A program made the position numbers and the translations under genes. Under the pieces are notes generated by a model, which saw only the letters and a list, made by a program, of their open reading frames with translations, made no database searches and was not told where the DNA came from. From the NCBI GenBank assembly GCA_041166745.1, contig JBEEGH010000019.1:37594-101593 (forward strand): a stretch of DNA of 64,000 nucleotides. The letters run 5' to 3'. This DNA is from Acidimicrobiaceae bacterium. Its GTDB lineage: Bacteria; Actinomycetota; Acidimicrobiia; Acidimicrobiales; JACDCH01. This document shows positions 8,065 through 17,271 of the stretch, in pieces (position 1 is the first letter of the stretch; each line of letters starts with the position of its first letter).

Positions 8065-9243
8065 ATGTCCGGTGCCACGGCTCCGCTCGCCGGGATCCGC
8101 GTTGTCGACCTGACGAGCAACATGTCCGGTCCGCTGGCGACGATGGTGCTCGCGGATCAAGGCGCCGATGTCGTCAAGGTCGAGCCCCTGACGGGCGATG
8201 CCATTCGCACCGTTGGCAGCGGGCACTCCGGCATGAGCGCCTACTTCGCCAACAACAACCGCGGCAAGCGCTCGATTGCGATCGACGTGTCGGTGGACGC
8301 GGGCCGCGACATCGTGCGGCGGCTCGTGGCCGGCGCCGACGTGTTCGCGCAGAACTTCCGTCCGGGCGTCATCGAGCGACTCGGGCTCGCCGCTGACGAA
8401 TTGCAAGGCGCGGACCCGCGGCTGATCTACGCCTCGATCAGTGGCTTCGGCACGAGTGGTCCGCTCGCCGGCGCGCCTGCGTACGACCACGTCGTCCAGG
8501 CGCTCACGGGCTTCGCGGCGATTCAGTCCGCGGGTGCGAGCGAGCCGTCGATGGTGCGGCACGGTGTGATCGACAAGGCGACCGCGTACACACTGGCGCA
8601 AGCCGTGACCGCGGCGCTGTTCGACCGCGAGCGCACGGGCCGCGGCACGCGCATCGATGTTTCGATGCTCGATGTCGCGATCGCCTTCCTTTGGCCCGAC
8701 GGGATGATGGACCACACCGTCGACGAGCCGTCGAGCGTGCTCCCGCCCACGAGTCGCAGCTTCCGCGTCAGTCCGACGGCGGACGGACAGGTGGTGCTCG
8801 TCACGCTGACCGCCGCGCAGTGGGCTGGCCTCACCGCCGCGCTCCTCGACGATGACGGTGGTGACGCGATGGCCGATACGGCCGAGCGGATGAAGGGGGG
8901 AGCGGAGGTCATGCGGCGTGTGCGCACGGTCATCGCGAGCTTGCCCACAGACGAGGTCGTTGATCGGCTTCGAGCGGCCGACGTTGCCGTCGCGCCGGTG
9001 CGGCAGCTCGACGAGGTCGCGCACGATCCACAGGTGATCGCCTCGGGAACCGTGCGAGCGTTCGATCACAGCGTGCTCGGACCCGTGCACCAACCAAGAG
9101 CCGCCCCGCTGTTCGACGGCGTGGCCATCGATCCGACGCCGAGTGCACCTCGCCTCGGTGAACACACCGATGAGATCCTCCGTGAGGCGGGCTGGTCCGA
9201 CGGCGACATCGCGAAGCTGCGCGCCGACGGTGTCGTGAGCTGA
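8065..9243 (+). CDS. CoA-transferase family III (CaiB/BaiF type)
   Basis: N-terminus is MSGATAPLAGIRVVDLTSNMSGPLATMVLADQGADVVKVE, followed by YFANNNRGKRSIAIDV. AGGGAG lies 7 nt upstream of ATG 8065. Confidence 0.85.
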   Translation: MSGATAPLAGIRVVDLTSNMSGPLATMVLADQGADVVKVEPLTGDAIRTVGSGHSGMSAYFANNNRGKRSIAIDVSVDAGRDIVRRLVAGADVFAQNFRPGVIERLGLAADELQGADPRLIYASISGFGTSGPLAGAPAYDHVVQALTGFAAIQSAGASEPSMVRHGVIDKATAYTLAQAVTAALFDRERTGRGTRIDVSMLDVAIAFLWPDGMMDHTVDEPSSVLPPTSRSFRVSPTADGQVVLVTLTAAQWAGLTAALLDDDGGDAMADTAERMKGGAEVMRRVRTVIASLPTDEVVDRLRAADVAVAPVRQLDEVAHDPQVIASGTVRAFDHSVLGPVHQPRAAPLFDGVAIDPTPSAPRLGEHTDEILREAGWSDGDIAKLRADGVVS

Positions 9244-9244
9244 T

Positions 9245-10408
9245 TCAGCCGAACGAGGTGAGGAAGAGGCTGTCGTAGGCGAGCCCCCACGGCGGACGCA
9301 GGAAGCCGAGCGCCCGCACGTCTTCGAACCAGGACGCGAACGGAGATCGCCGCGAGAACGTTCCTCCGCCGATGACGCGCGACAGACGACCGAGGGAGGC
9401 TTCTGCGAGTTCGGCCACCGCCTCTTTCGCTCGCAAGGTCGCGTGCAGCGCTTGCGTGTGGTCGCCGGATTCCACGGCGCGCAGCGCTCCCTCGTAGGCC
9501 TGCACCGCCAGCCAATGGTCGAGCTCGGCGCGCGACCACTCGACCTGCTCATAGGCCCGAAGGGTGTCGGCCTTCGCCCCGAGTTGCTGCTTGGCCGTAG
9601 CGATGGCCTCGTCGAGGACGCCGAGAATGACGGCCGTGAACAGCACCGAAATCAGCGGCGCGGCCGCCAACGTGACTTCCACGACCGGCCCGTCCCAGTC
9701 GAAGCGGATCGCGGGGCAGTCGTCGAGGCGCATCGCGTGACTTTGGGTGGCCGCCATGCCCACGCCATCCCATTCCGCGATCAACTGCAACCCCGCAGAA
9801 CCGTCCCACGGACGATCGCGCACGTCGAGCACGAACAGGGTTGGCGCATCCTCGCCATCGGGCACGGCCGTCGTGATCATGAACGACGTGACACCCGAAC
9901 CGCTGCCGAAATGCTTGTCTCCGCTGATGCGGTAGGCCGCGCCGGGTAACGCCGCAGGATCCGTTGCGTCGGGGAAGGCCTGCGTCTTCGTGCGAAGGAT
10001 GTCGCCGCCGCTTCCTGGTTCGGAGGTGATCGTTCCCCACTGTTTACCTTCGGCCGCACTGGCGCAGACCGCCGCTCGTTGCTCGTTCCACGAGGCGCTC
10101 GACTGCTCGGGTTGCGCCAGCCAAAACCCGATCACCGATGGGTGCATCGACGACACCAACGCCACGGAAGGATCGGCCGCCGCGAGTGTGCGCAAGACGT
10201 CGCTTGTCGCGCGCGTCGTCTCGGCCACGCTGCGCCAGAGCCCACCCATGTCCTCGGGGACCGCGACATGCAGGAAGCCGGCGTCCGCGAGCCGCGTGAA
10301 GTCGGCGGGGTCGAGGGCCCGCCGTGCCTGCCGGTCGGCTCGGTTCGATCGCCAGTCAGCGGCGATCTCGTCGACGTCATGGACAAGCGAGGACCACGAA
10401 GGACTCAT
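9245..10408 (-). CDS. acyl-CoA dehydrogenase-fold flavoprotein
   Basis: Contains ITSEPGSGGD, GDKHFGSGSG and a C-terminal helical domain, giving the ACAD/DszC-like family pattern. Confidence 0.7.
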   Translation of the reverse strand: MSPSWSSLVHDVDEIAADWRSNRADRQARRALDPADFTRLADAGFLHVAVPEDMGGLWRSVAETTRATSDVLRTLAAADPSVALVSSMHPSVIGFWLAQPEQSSASWNEQRAAVCASAAEGKQWGTITSEPGSGGDILRTKTQAFPDATDPAALPGAAYRISGDKHFGSGSGVTSFMITTAVPDGEDAPTLFVLDVRDRPWDGSAGLQLIAEWDGVGMAATQSHAMRLDDCPAIRFDWDGPVVEVTLAAAPLISVLFTAVILGVLDEAIATAKQQLGAKADTLRAYEQVEWSRAELDHWLAVQAYEGALRAVESGDHTQALHATLRAKEAVAELAEASLGRLSRVIGGGTFSRRSPFASWFEDVRALGFLRPPWGLAYDSLFLTSFG

Positions 10409-10433
10409 GGCGCCAAACTACGGCGCGCGGGCG

Positions 10434-11423
10434 TCAGGCGACGGGAGCGAGGACGTCGAACTCGTCGAGCAGGGCGCGTGCCGCTTCGCGCTCGTTCGGT
10501 GCGAGTGCGTCGTCGAGGATGCTGAGCAAGCGAGCCGTGGACGCTTCATCGAGCTGGTCGAGTTGGGCGAGGAAGTATGCATTGAACGCTTCGAGCAACA
10601 CCACGGATCGATTCACGCCGTCGAGTGATCGAATGGCGGCGTACTCGGCCGCGTCGAGGTAGATCGCCGGGCCGATGTCTTGCAGCTCGCGCAGTGGCAG
10701 GAACTCGGACACCACGTTGCCTGGGCCGTCGAGCAACTCGCGGAACACGGCGTCGTCGGGCGACCCGACGTTCACGAACGCGAACCGCCGCATGAGCGCA
10801 CGCGACAGCGAGAACAACAGGCCGCGGTCCGACGTGTTCATCGTCGCAATCATGCGCCACGGCTTGGGGATACAGATCGGCTCGGTTTCAGCGGGTACTT
10901 CAGCGTCGTGCGGGACGATGGACAGCGGCGGAGCGAACTCGTTTCGGCGGTGCGGGAGCACCACTGCTTGGCCGGAGAGGACGGAGAACAGTTCGCCGAA
11001 GGCTTGATCGATGTTGGCGCGGTTGAACTCGTCGATCAGCAACCAGCGGCCGGTGTCGATCGCGTCGATGACGACGCCGCTCCGGAACGCGAAGCCTTCG
11101 CTCGACTCGTGGCTGGTGCCGACGGTGTCGCCGATCGTCCAATCGCTGGTCGCGGTCGCCGCCAGGTAGCCCGTGCACATCAACGCTTCCTGCGCGGCTT
11201 CGGCCAACAGCTTGGCGAGGGAGGACTTTCCCGTTCCCGGAGGCCCGGTGAGGATGACGTGCTTACCGGCGCGCAGTGCAGCAGTAGCGGCGCCCAGGAC
11301 GGTCTCGGGGAAGTGCAGTCCGGCACGATTCGCCAATTCCTCGACCCGTGCGGCGGTGAACGGAGTCGCCGTGTCGCCGGCGACGTCCCACGGCGCCCAG
11401 TCGTCCACGTTCGTGTTGCGCAT
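10434..11423 (-). CDS. AAA_5 (McrB/MoxR-like) ATPase
   Basis: Walker A is HVILTGPPGTGKSSLA and Walker B is RWLLIDEFNRANIDQAFGELFSVL. The block WRMIATMNTSDR...LMRRFAFV is typical of the dynein-related AAA_5 subfamily. Confidence 0.8.
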   Translation of the reverse strand: MRNTNVDDWAPWDVAGDTATPFTAARVEELANRAGLHFPETVLGAATAALRAGKHVILTGPPGTGKSSLAKLLAEAAQEALMCTGYLAATATSDWTIGDTVGTSHESSEGFAFRSGVVIDAIDTGRWLLIDEFNRANIDQAFGELFSVLSGQAVVLPHRRNEFAPPLSIVPHDAEVPAETEPICIPKPWRMIATMNTSDRGLLFSLSRALMRRFAFVNVGSPDDAVFRELLDGPGNVVSEFLPLRELQDIGPAIYLDAAEYAAIRSLDGVNRSVVLLEAFNAYFLAQLDQLDEASTARLLSILDDALAPNEREAARALLDEFDVLAPVA

Positions 11424-11426
11424 CGG

Positions 11427-11534
11427 TCAGTCGACTCGGGGCGGAGCGTCGAGGCCACGCTCCAACCGCTCCGCTCCCAGCAGCAGTGCAAGAGCCAGCA
11501 ACGGGACGATTGGCACCAGCAGAATCGTCAGCAT
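11427..11534 (-). CDS. possible 35-aa hydrophobic micro-protein
   Basis: Own translation: MLTILLVPIVPLLALALLLGAERLERGLDAPPRVD. The TGA stop lies 3 nt before the ATG of the AAA_5 gene. About three quarters of third positions are G/C. Below the ORF-track cut-off. Confidence 0.3.
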   Translation of the reverse strand: MLTILLVPIVPLLALALLLGAERLERGLDAPPRVD

Positions 11535-11590
11535 GTGGCACGTGTGCCCACGGCGCGCCCGAACGAGTCGCGCGCTGAGTGAGGTTTGTG

Positions 11591-12910
11591 TCAGGCGTTC
11601 TTGGGGAGCTCCGAGAACGGCCGAGTGCGATCGTCGTTCGGCTCCTTCGGAAGACCGAGCACGCGCTCGCCGATGATGTTGCGTTGTACTTGATCAGTGC
11701 CGCCGTAGATCGGCGGCGCCTGCGCGAACAACGCCATCTCGGTGACCATGCCGAGGAACGGATTGCCGGTCGCCTCGTCGAGCACCTTGCGATCACCGGG
11801 GTTGTAGGCGTGCAACATGCCAGCAGGCCCCACGATGCGGAGGCCGAGATCACGGGTGAATCGCATGATGTCGCTCATCGACAGTTTCGAGATGTTGCCC
11901 ATGCCGGGGATGTCGCGCCCCGCTTCCTTTTCGGCCTTCACCCGCAGTCCGTTGATCCGGCCGATCTCCGCCAGCGTGTAGAGCTTCATCAAACCCTGGC
12001 GCAACGACGGGTCGTCGATCATGCCGTTGCCCTTGGCCAAATCGATCAGCATCGTTGCGCTGTTGCCGCGTCCACCGCGTCCGCTGCTCGCTGCTGCACG
12101 CCCGGCGTCGCTCTTCGGAGCGAAGTCGCCCGCGCGCTTGGCGAGGAAGCCGGCGATCGTGCCTGGCATCGCCGCGCCGTATCCACCATCGCCGCCACCG
12201 GATCCGAGCCCGGCGCGCTCGTTCGCCAGGGTCGTGTTGGCTGCAGCCCAGCCGGTGTTGAGATCGCCGATGACTGCGTCGGCAGGAACTCGGGCGTCGG
12301 ACATGAAGACTTCGTTGAACATGGCGCGGCCGGTGAGCTCGCGCAGGGGCCGCACCTCGACGCCGGGCTGGTGCATGTCCATCGCGAACCATGTGATGCC
12401 CTGATGTTTGGGCGCGTCGAAGTTCGTGCGCGCGAGCAGCATCCCGAGATCGGCGATCTGTCCCGCTGAGGTCCACACCTTCTGCCCGTTGACGATGTAC
12501 TCGTCGCCGTCGCGCTCGGCCCGTGTCGTGAGACCGGCGAGGTCTGAGCCAGCTCCCGGTTCGCTGAACAACTGGCACCAGGCCTGCTGGCCCGTGACGA
12601 TGTCTTTGACGTAGTGGTCGATCTGCTCCTGCGTCCCGTGGGTCGCGATCGTCGGGGCCGCGAGTAACAGGCCGAGACCGGCGGGCGCGCCCAACGCGCC
12701 GAAGCGCGCGATCTCGTTCTGGACGCGCACCGCGTCGTTGCGCGACAGGCCCTTGCCATACGCGTTCTCCGGGAGCGACGGCGACGCCCAACCCGACAAC
12801 CCGAGCCGCTCCCACCACTCGGCGCACGTGAGATCGGGATCCCAGTTCGCCTCGAGCCACGCGGTCAGCTCGTCGATGATGTCGGTCGTCGTGCGTTCTG
12901 TAACGGCCAT
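11591..12910 (-). CDS. acyl-CoA dehydrogenase
   Basis: 439 aa with QLFSEPGAGSDLAGLTTRAERDGDEYIVNGQKVWTS and C-terminal GGTDQVQRNIIGERVLGLP. Confidence 0.9.
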   Translation of the reverse strand: MAVTERTTTDIIDELTAWLEANWDPDLTCAEWWERLGLSGWASPSLPENAYGKGLSRNDAVRVQNEIARFGALGAPAGLGLLLAAPTIATHGTQEQIDHYVKDIVTGQQAWCQLFSEPGAGSDLAGLTTRAERDGDEYIVNGQKVWTSAGQIADLGMLLARTNFDAPKHQGITWFAMDMHQPGVEVRPLRELTGRAMFNEVFMSDARVPADAVIGDLNTGWAAANTTLANERAGLGSGGGDGGYGAAMPGTIAGFLAKRAGDFAPKSDAGRAAASSGRGGRGNSATMLIDLAKGNGMIDDPSLRQGLMKLYTLAEIGRINGLRVKAEKEAGRDIPGMGNISKLSMSDIMRFTRDLGLRIVGPAGMLHAYNPGDRKVLDEATGNPFLGMVTEMALFAQAPPIYGGTDQVQRNIIGERVLGLPKEPNDDRTRPFSELPKNA

Positions 12911-12950
12911 CAGTTCCCCCTTGAAGGCGAAAACCTATTAGGACAGGGGT

Positions 12951-13445
12951 GTGTCAGGCCAAGACGCGTCCGAACCTGCCTTCGTCATGGCGTGGACGGC
13001 GCCGGAGCCGGGCCGTCTCGTCGGTCGGGGACATCCGGCCGGCGACTTCCTGGAGGCGTGGGCGTGGGAGGTGCTGGAGGAAGACGTTGGCCACCTGCGC
13101 GTGTCGGCTCACCTGCCCGACCACGTCAAGAATCCTCGTGGCCAGCTCTTCGGTGGCTTCACGCCGACCTATGTCGACCTCATCGCGCTGTTCACGTCTC
13201 GAGCCGGCCCAGACCGCACCGCGCCCCGCGATCGGCAGCGTCAATGGATGGCGACCACGAGCATGCATCTCGACTACTTCGAGCCGGTCGTGGGGCCGAC
13301 GTTCGTGCTCGACAGCCGGTTGGAGAAGAAGCGGGGACGAACGCACTTCGTCGTCACGCGCTTCCTCCAGGATGATGACCTCGCGGTGCTGGCCGCGACC
13401 ACGCTGCGCGCGGTGGCCCTCGACCGGCCGCTTGGGGACGCGTGA
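12951..13445 (+). CDS. hotdog-fold (PaaI-like) thioesterase
   Basis: Contains NPRGQLFGGFTPTYVDL and TTSMHLDYFEPV motifs. The start is uncertain (ATG 12987 is an alternative). Confidence 0.65.
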   Translation: MSGQDASEPAFVMAWTAPEPGRLVGRGHPAGDFLEAWAWEVLEEDVGHLRVSAHLPDHVKNPRGQLFGGFTPTYVDLIALFTSRAGPDRTAPRDRQRQWMATTSMHLDYFEPVVGPTFVLDSRLEKKRGRTHFVVTRFLQDDDLAVLAATTLRAVALDRPLGDA

Positions 13446-14014
13446 TGCGCGTCATCCTCTTGGGCGCGCCGGGCTCCGGCAAGGGCACCCAAGGCAAGGC
13501 GCTTGCCGAGCGCTTCGGTGTGCGACACGTGTCGACGGGCGACCTGTTGCGGGCGCACATCGCTGAAAGCACCGAGCTCGGTCGAGAGGCGGCGCCGTAC
13601 GTGAAGCGAGGTGAGCTCGTGCCCGACGAGATCATGCTCCAGGTCGCCGGGAACGCCGTCGGCGAAGCGGCGCGCGAGGGCGGCTATGTGCTCGACGGCT
13701 TCCCGCGCACCCTCGCGCAGGCCGAGCGGGCGTACGAGCTTGCCGGACCCGCCGACGTGACTGCGGACGCGGTCGTCTATCTCGCGGTGCCCGACGACGT
13801 GGTGCGCGAGCGACTGGCGGCACGCGCCGACGGCCGACTCGACGATGCAGATCCGAACGTCATCGAGCGACGCCTACAGGTCTTCCACGGGGAGACCGAG
13901 CCGTTGCTCGACTTCTACCGGAACCGCGACATCCTCGTGACCGTCGACGCCGCGCAGCCGCCCGACGATGTGACCGCGTCGATGCTTGCAGCCGTCGAAC
14001 CACTTCGCACCTGA
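13445..14014 (+). CDS. adk: adenylate kinase (short type)
   Basis: N-terminus MRVILLGAPGSGKGTQ, then VSTGDLLR and YVLDGFPRTLAQA. The ATG overlaps the upstream TGA (TGATG). Confidence 0.9.
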   Translation: MRVILLGAPGSGKGTQGKALAERFGVRHVSTGDLLRAHIAESTELGREAAPYVKRGELVPDEIMLQVAGNAVGEAAREGGYVLDGFPRTLAQAERAYELAGPADVTADAVVYLAVPDDVVRERLAARADGRLDDADPNVIERRLQVFHGETEPLLDFYRNRDILVTVDAAQPPDDVTASMLAAVEPLRT

Positions 14015-14031
14015 GGCACTACCGTTCGATT

Positions 14032-15393
14032 GTGGAGCGACGGGGTCTGCTGACGGTCGAGGAGCTCCGGTCCGCCGTTGCGTTGGATCAGATCGACACG
14101 GTGCTCGTCGGCTTCGCCGACATGCACGGCCGCCTGCAAGGCAAGCGCTTCCACGCCCGGTTCTTCGTGGACGAGGTGCTCGAGCACGGCACGGAAGCGT
14201 GCAACTACCTGCTCGCCGTCGACGTCGACATGGCGCCGGCCGATGGCTATGCCATGTCGTCGTGGGACGCCGGCTACGGCGATTTCGTGCTCGAGCCCGA
14301 TCTGTCGACGTTGCGGTCGATCCCCTGGCATCCCGGCACTGCGATGGTCATGGCCGACGTCCGCTGGGAGGATGGGTCGCCGGTCGTCGCATCGCCGCGT
14401 CAGATCCTGCGCGCGCAGCTCGACCGTCTCACGGCTCGGGGGTGGACGGCCATGGTCGGCACGGAGCTCGAGCTGATCGTCTTCCAGGACACCTACGAGG
14501 ACGCGTGGCGCCGCGGTTACCGCGATCTCACGCCCGCGAACCAGTACAACGCGGACTACTCGCTGGTCGCGACCGGCCGCGTCGAGCCGCTGTTGCGCCG
14601 TATCCGCAACTCGATGGCCGACGCCGGGATGGTCGTGGAGTCGGCCAAGGGGGAGTGCAACCTCGGCCAGCACGAGATCGCTTTCCGGTACGACGACGCG
14701 CTCACCACCTGCGACAACCATTCGATCTACAAGGCGGGCGCGAAGGAGATCGCGGCGCAAGAGGGAATGGCTCTGACCTTCATGGCGAAGTTCAACGAGC
14801 GTGAAGGCAACTCGTGCCACATCCACTTCAGTCTGCGCGACGGCGACGACGGTCCGGTCATGGCGGGGGACCGCGACCACGGTTTTTCCCCGATCATGGA
14901 GCAGTTCCTGGCCGGCCAGCTCGCCTGTCAGCGCGAACTCGCGCTCCTGTTCGCTCCGAACGTCAACTCGTACAAGCGCTACCAACCGGAGTCGTTCGCG
15001 CCGACGGCCGTGGCATGGGGCCTCGACAATCGCACGTGCGCCCTACGCGTCGTCGGTCATGGCTCCTCGTTGCGCTTCGAGCATCGGGTGCCAGGCGGCG
15101 ACGTCAACCCGTATCTCGCCGTAGCGGGATTGATCGCCGCCGGGATGCACGGGGTGGAGCACACGCTCGCCCTCGAGGCACCATGCACCTCCAACGCCTA
15201 CGAGCGCAAGGGTGCTCGCATCCCTTCGACGCTTCGTGAGGCGGCGGAGTTGTGGGCGTCGAGCGCGGTGGCCCGCGGCGCGTTCGGCGACGAGGTCGTG
15301 GATCACTACGCCAACATGGCCCGCGTCGAGCTTGCAGCTTTCGACGCCGCCGTCACCGACTGGGAGCGGTACCGGGGGTTCGAGCGCCTTTGA
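14032..15393 (+). CDS. glutamine synthetase family protein (GlnA-like gamma-glutamyl ligase)
   Basis: 453 aa with type-I GS-like blocks: GTELELIVF, NSCHIHFSL, NSYKRY, and NRTCALRV...RFEHRVPGGDVNPYL. Confidence 0.85.
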   Translation: MERRGLLTVEELRSAVALDQIDTVLVGFADMHGRLQGKRFHARFFVDEVLEHGTEACNYLLAVDVDMAPADGYAMSSWDAGYGDFVLEPDLSTLRSIPWHPGTAMVMADVRWEDGSPVVASPRQILRAQLDRLTARGWTAMVGTELELIVFQDTYEDAWRRGYRDLTPANQYNADYSLVATGRVEPLLRRIRNSMADAGMVVESAKGECNLGQHEIAFRYDDALTTCDNHSIYKAGAKEIAAQEGMALTFMAKFNEREGNSCHIHFSLRDGDDGPVMAGDRDHGFSPIMEQFLAGQLACQRELALLFAPNVNSYKRYQPESFAPTAVAWGLDNRTCALRVVGHGSSLRFEHRVPGGDVNPYLAVAGLIAAGMHGVEHTLALEAPCTSNAYERKGARIPSTLREAAELWASSAVARGAFGDEVVDHYANMARVELAAFDAAVTDWERYRGFERL

Positions 15394-16154
15394 CCCGTTT
15401 GGCTGGAAAGGTCGCCGTCGTGACGGGCGCGGGGAGTGGAATCGGGCTCGCGACCGTGCGCCGATTGGCCGAGGACGGTGCTCGCGTGGTCTGTGCCGAC
15501 GTGGATGTGGCGAGCGGACAAGCGGCGGCCGACGAGGTCGACGGTCTCTTCGTCCCGGTCGACGTGACCGACGAGGCCGAGGTGGCCGCGTTGTTCGATG
15601 CAGCGGTGGCCGCGTATGGCGGCATCGACGTGTCGTTCCACAACGCGGGCATCTCGCCGACCGACGACGACTCGATCCTCGACACGCCCCTCGACGTGTG
15701 GCGGCGTGTCCAGGAGGTCAACCTCACGTCCGTGTACCTGTGCTGCCGGCACGTGATCCCGCACCTCTTGGAGCGCGGCGGCGGTTCGATCATCAACACC
15801 GCGTCGTTCGTCGCGATCATGGGCGCCGCGACCTCGCAGATCTCGTACACCGCGTCGAAAGGTGGCGTCCTCGCACTGTCACGGGAGCTGGGCGTGCAGT
15901 TCGCCCGTGAGGGCATTCGGGTGAATGCGCTGTGTCCCGGTCCTGTGAACACGCCAATGCTGCAGGAGCTCTTCGCGAAGGATCCTGAGCGCGCCGCCCG
16001 ACGGCTCGTACACATCCCGATGGGGCGCTTCGCCGAGGCAACCGAGATCGCCGCCGCGGTGTCGTTCCTTGCGAGCGACGATTCGTCGTTCATCACCGCG
16101 TCGACGTTCCTGGTCGACGGCGGCATCTCCGGCGCCTACGTGACTCCGCTCTAG
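15390..16154 (+). CDS. short-chain dehydrogenase/reductase
   Basis: Contains LAGKVAVVTGAGSGIGLA, NNAG-like HNAGI and YTASKGGV. The TTG start overlaps the GlnA-like stop (TTGA). Confidence 0.85.
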   Translation: MTRLAGKVAVVTGAGSGIGLATVRRLAEDGARVVCADVDVASGQAAADEVDGLFVPVDVTDEAEVAALFDAAVAAYGGIDVSFHNAGISPTDDDSILDTPLDVWRRVQEVNLTSVYLCCRHVIPHLLERGGGSIINTASFVAIMGAATSQISYTASKGGVLALSRELGVQFAREGIRVNALCPGPVNTPMLQELFAKDPERAARRLVHIPMGRFAEATEIAAAVSFLASDDSSFITASTFLVDGGISGAYVTPL

Positions 16155-17254
16155 CGGAACTTCGGGATCACTTCGGTACCCATGAGCTCGATGGTCTGCA
16201 TCACCGATTCGTGCGAGACCTTGTAGGGGTTCACGAGACAGAGCAGGAGATCGACGCCGGCCTCGACGTACTTCTGGCACATCGCCACGCAGTCGTCGGG
16301 TGTGCCGAGCACGCACGCGCCGCTCTCCGCCAAGTATTCGAGCGTGAGCAACGAGAGCATTCCCTGGTCGTCGACGTTCTTCATGTCGCCGGCGTAGGCG
16401 TAGTTGCCGAGATCCTGGTTGTTCTCCTCCATCCACTGTGCGACCGACGCGATCAACCGGGCACCCTGCACCGGATACCACTCGAACGACTCACGTGCGG
16501 TCGTCCAGGCCTCCTCGACGGTCGGCGCGCACACCGTCATCGTGAACGTCGCGGCTTCGTCGTGCACGTACTTGCCGATCGGCTTGTCGCACGCACGCAC
16601 CGCGGCGCGGTAGATGTCGATCTTCTTCTTCACCTCCTCGGGAGGTACGCCAACGGCGAACGAGCACAACCCGAGCCCCAAGTCACCGATCTGGCGATGG
16701 CCGTCCTCGCTCGACGTCGCGCCCCAGAGCGGAGGATGGGGTTGTTGCAGCGGCTTCGGCTGCACGCGCCGCTTCGGGAGCTGCCAGTACTTGCCGTCGA
16801 ACTCGTGGTAGTCGTTCGTCCAGCAGCCGACTACGAGCTCGATGGCCTCCTGCCACATCTGCCGGGTTTCGTGCGGGTCGATGCCGAAACCTTCGAGCTC
16901 CGCGCGCGTCGACGAGCGGCCGGTTCCGAAATCGACTCGGCCATTCGAGATGAGATCGAGCACGGCGACCGATTCCGCAGTGCGCACCGGATGGTTGTAC
17001 GGCTTCGGCATCAGGCGCACGCCGTAGCCGAGCCGGATGCGCTCTGTCTTCGCCGCGATGGCGCCGTAGAGCACCTCGGGGTTGGAGCAGTGGGAGTACT
17101 CCTCGAGGAAGTGGTGCTCGACCGTCCAGAACGCGTCCCACCCGAAGCGCTCGCCGGCCACGGCTTGTTCGATCGTGTTCTGGTAAGCGAGGCGTTCGCT
17201 GTCCGGGCCCCAAGGACGCGGAACGGGGATCTCGTAGAACAGGGCGAAGCGCAT
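16151..17254 (-). CDS. LLM-class (luciferase-like) flavin/F420-dependent oxidoreductase
   Basis: N-terminus MRFALFYEIPVPRPW, followed by FWTVEHHFLEEYSHCSNPEVL and LDLISNGRVDFGTGRS. Confidence 0.85.
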   Translation of the reverse strand: MRFALFYEIPVPRPWGPDSERLAYQNTIEQAVAGERFGWDAFWTVEHHFLEEYSHCSNPEVLYGAIAAKTERIRLGYGVRLMPKPYNHPVRTAESVAVLDLISNGRVDFGTGRSSTRAELEGFGIDPHETRQMWQEAIELVVGCWTNDYHEFDGKYWQLPKRRVQPKPLQQPHPPLWGATSSEDGHRQIGDLGLGLCSFAVGVPPEEVKKKIDIYRAAVRACDKPIGKYVHDEAATFTMTVCAPTVEEAWTTARESFEWYPVQGARLIASVAQWMEENNQDLGNYAYAGDMKNVDDQGMLSLLTLEYLAESGACVLGTPDDCVAMCQKYVEAGVDLLLCLVNPYKVSHESVMQTIELMGTEVIPKFR

Positions 17255-17271
17255 CGTGCGAATCTACGACG

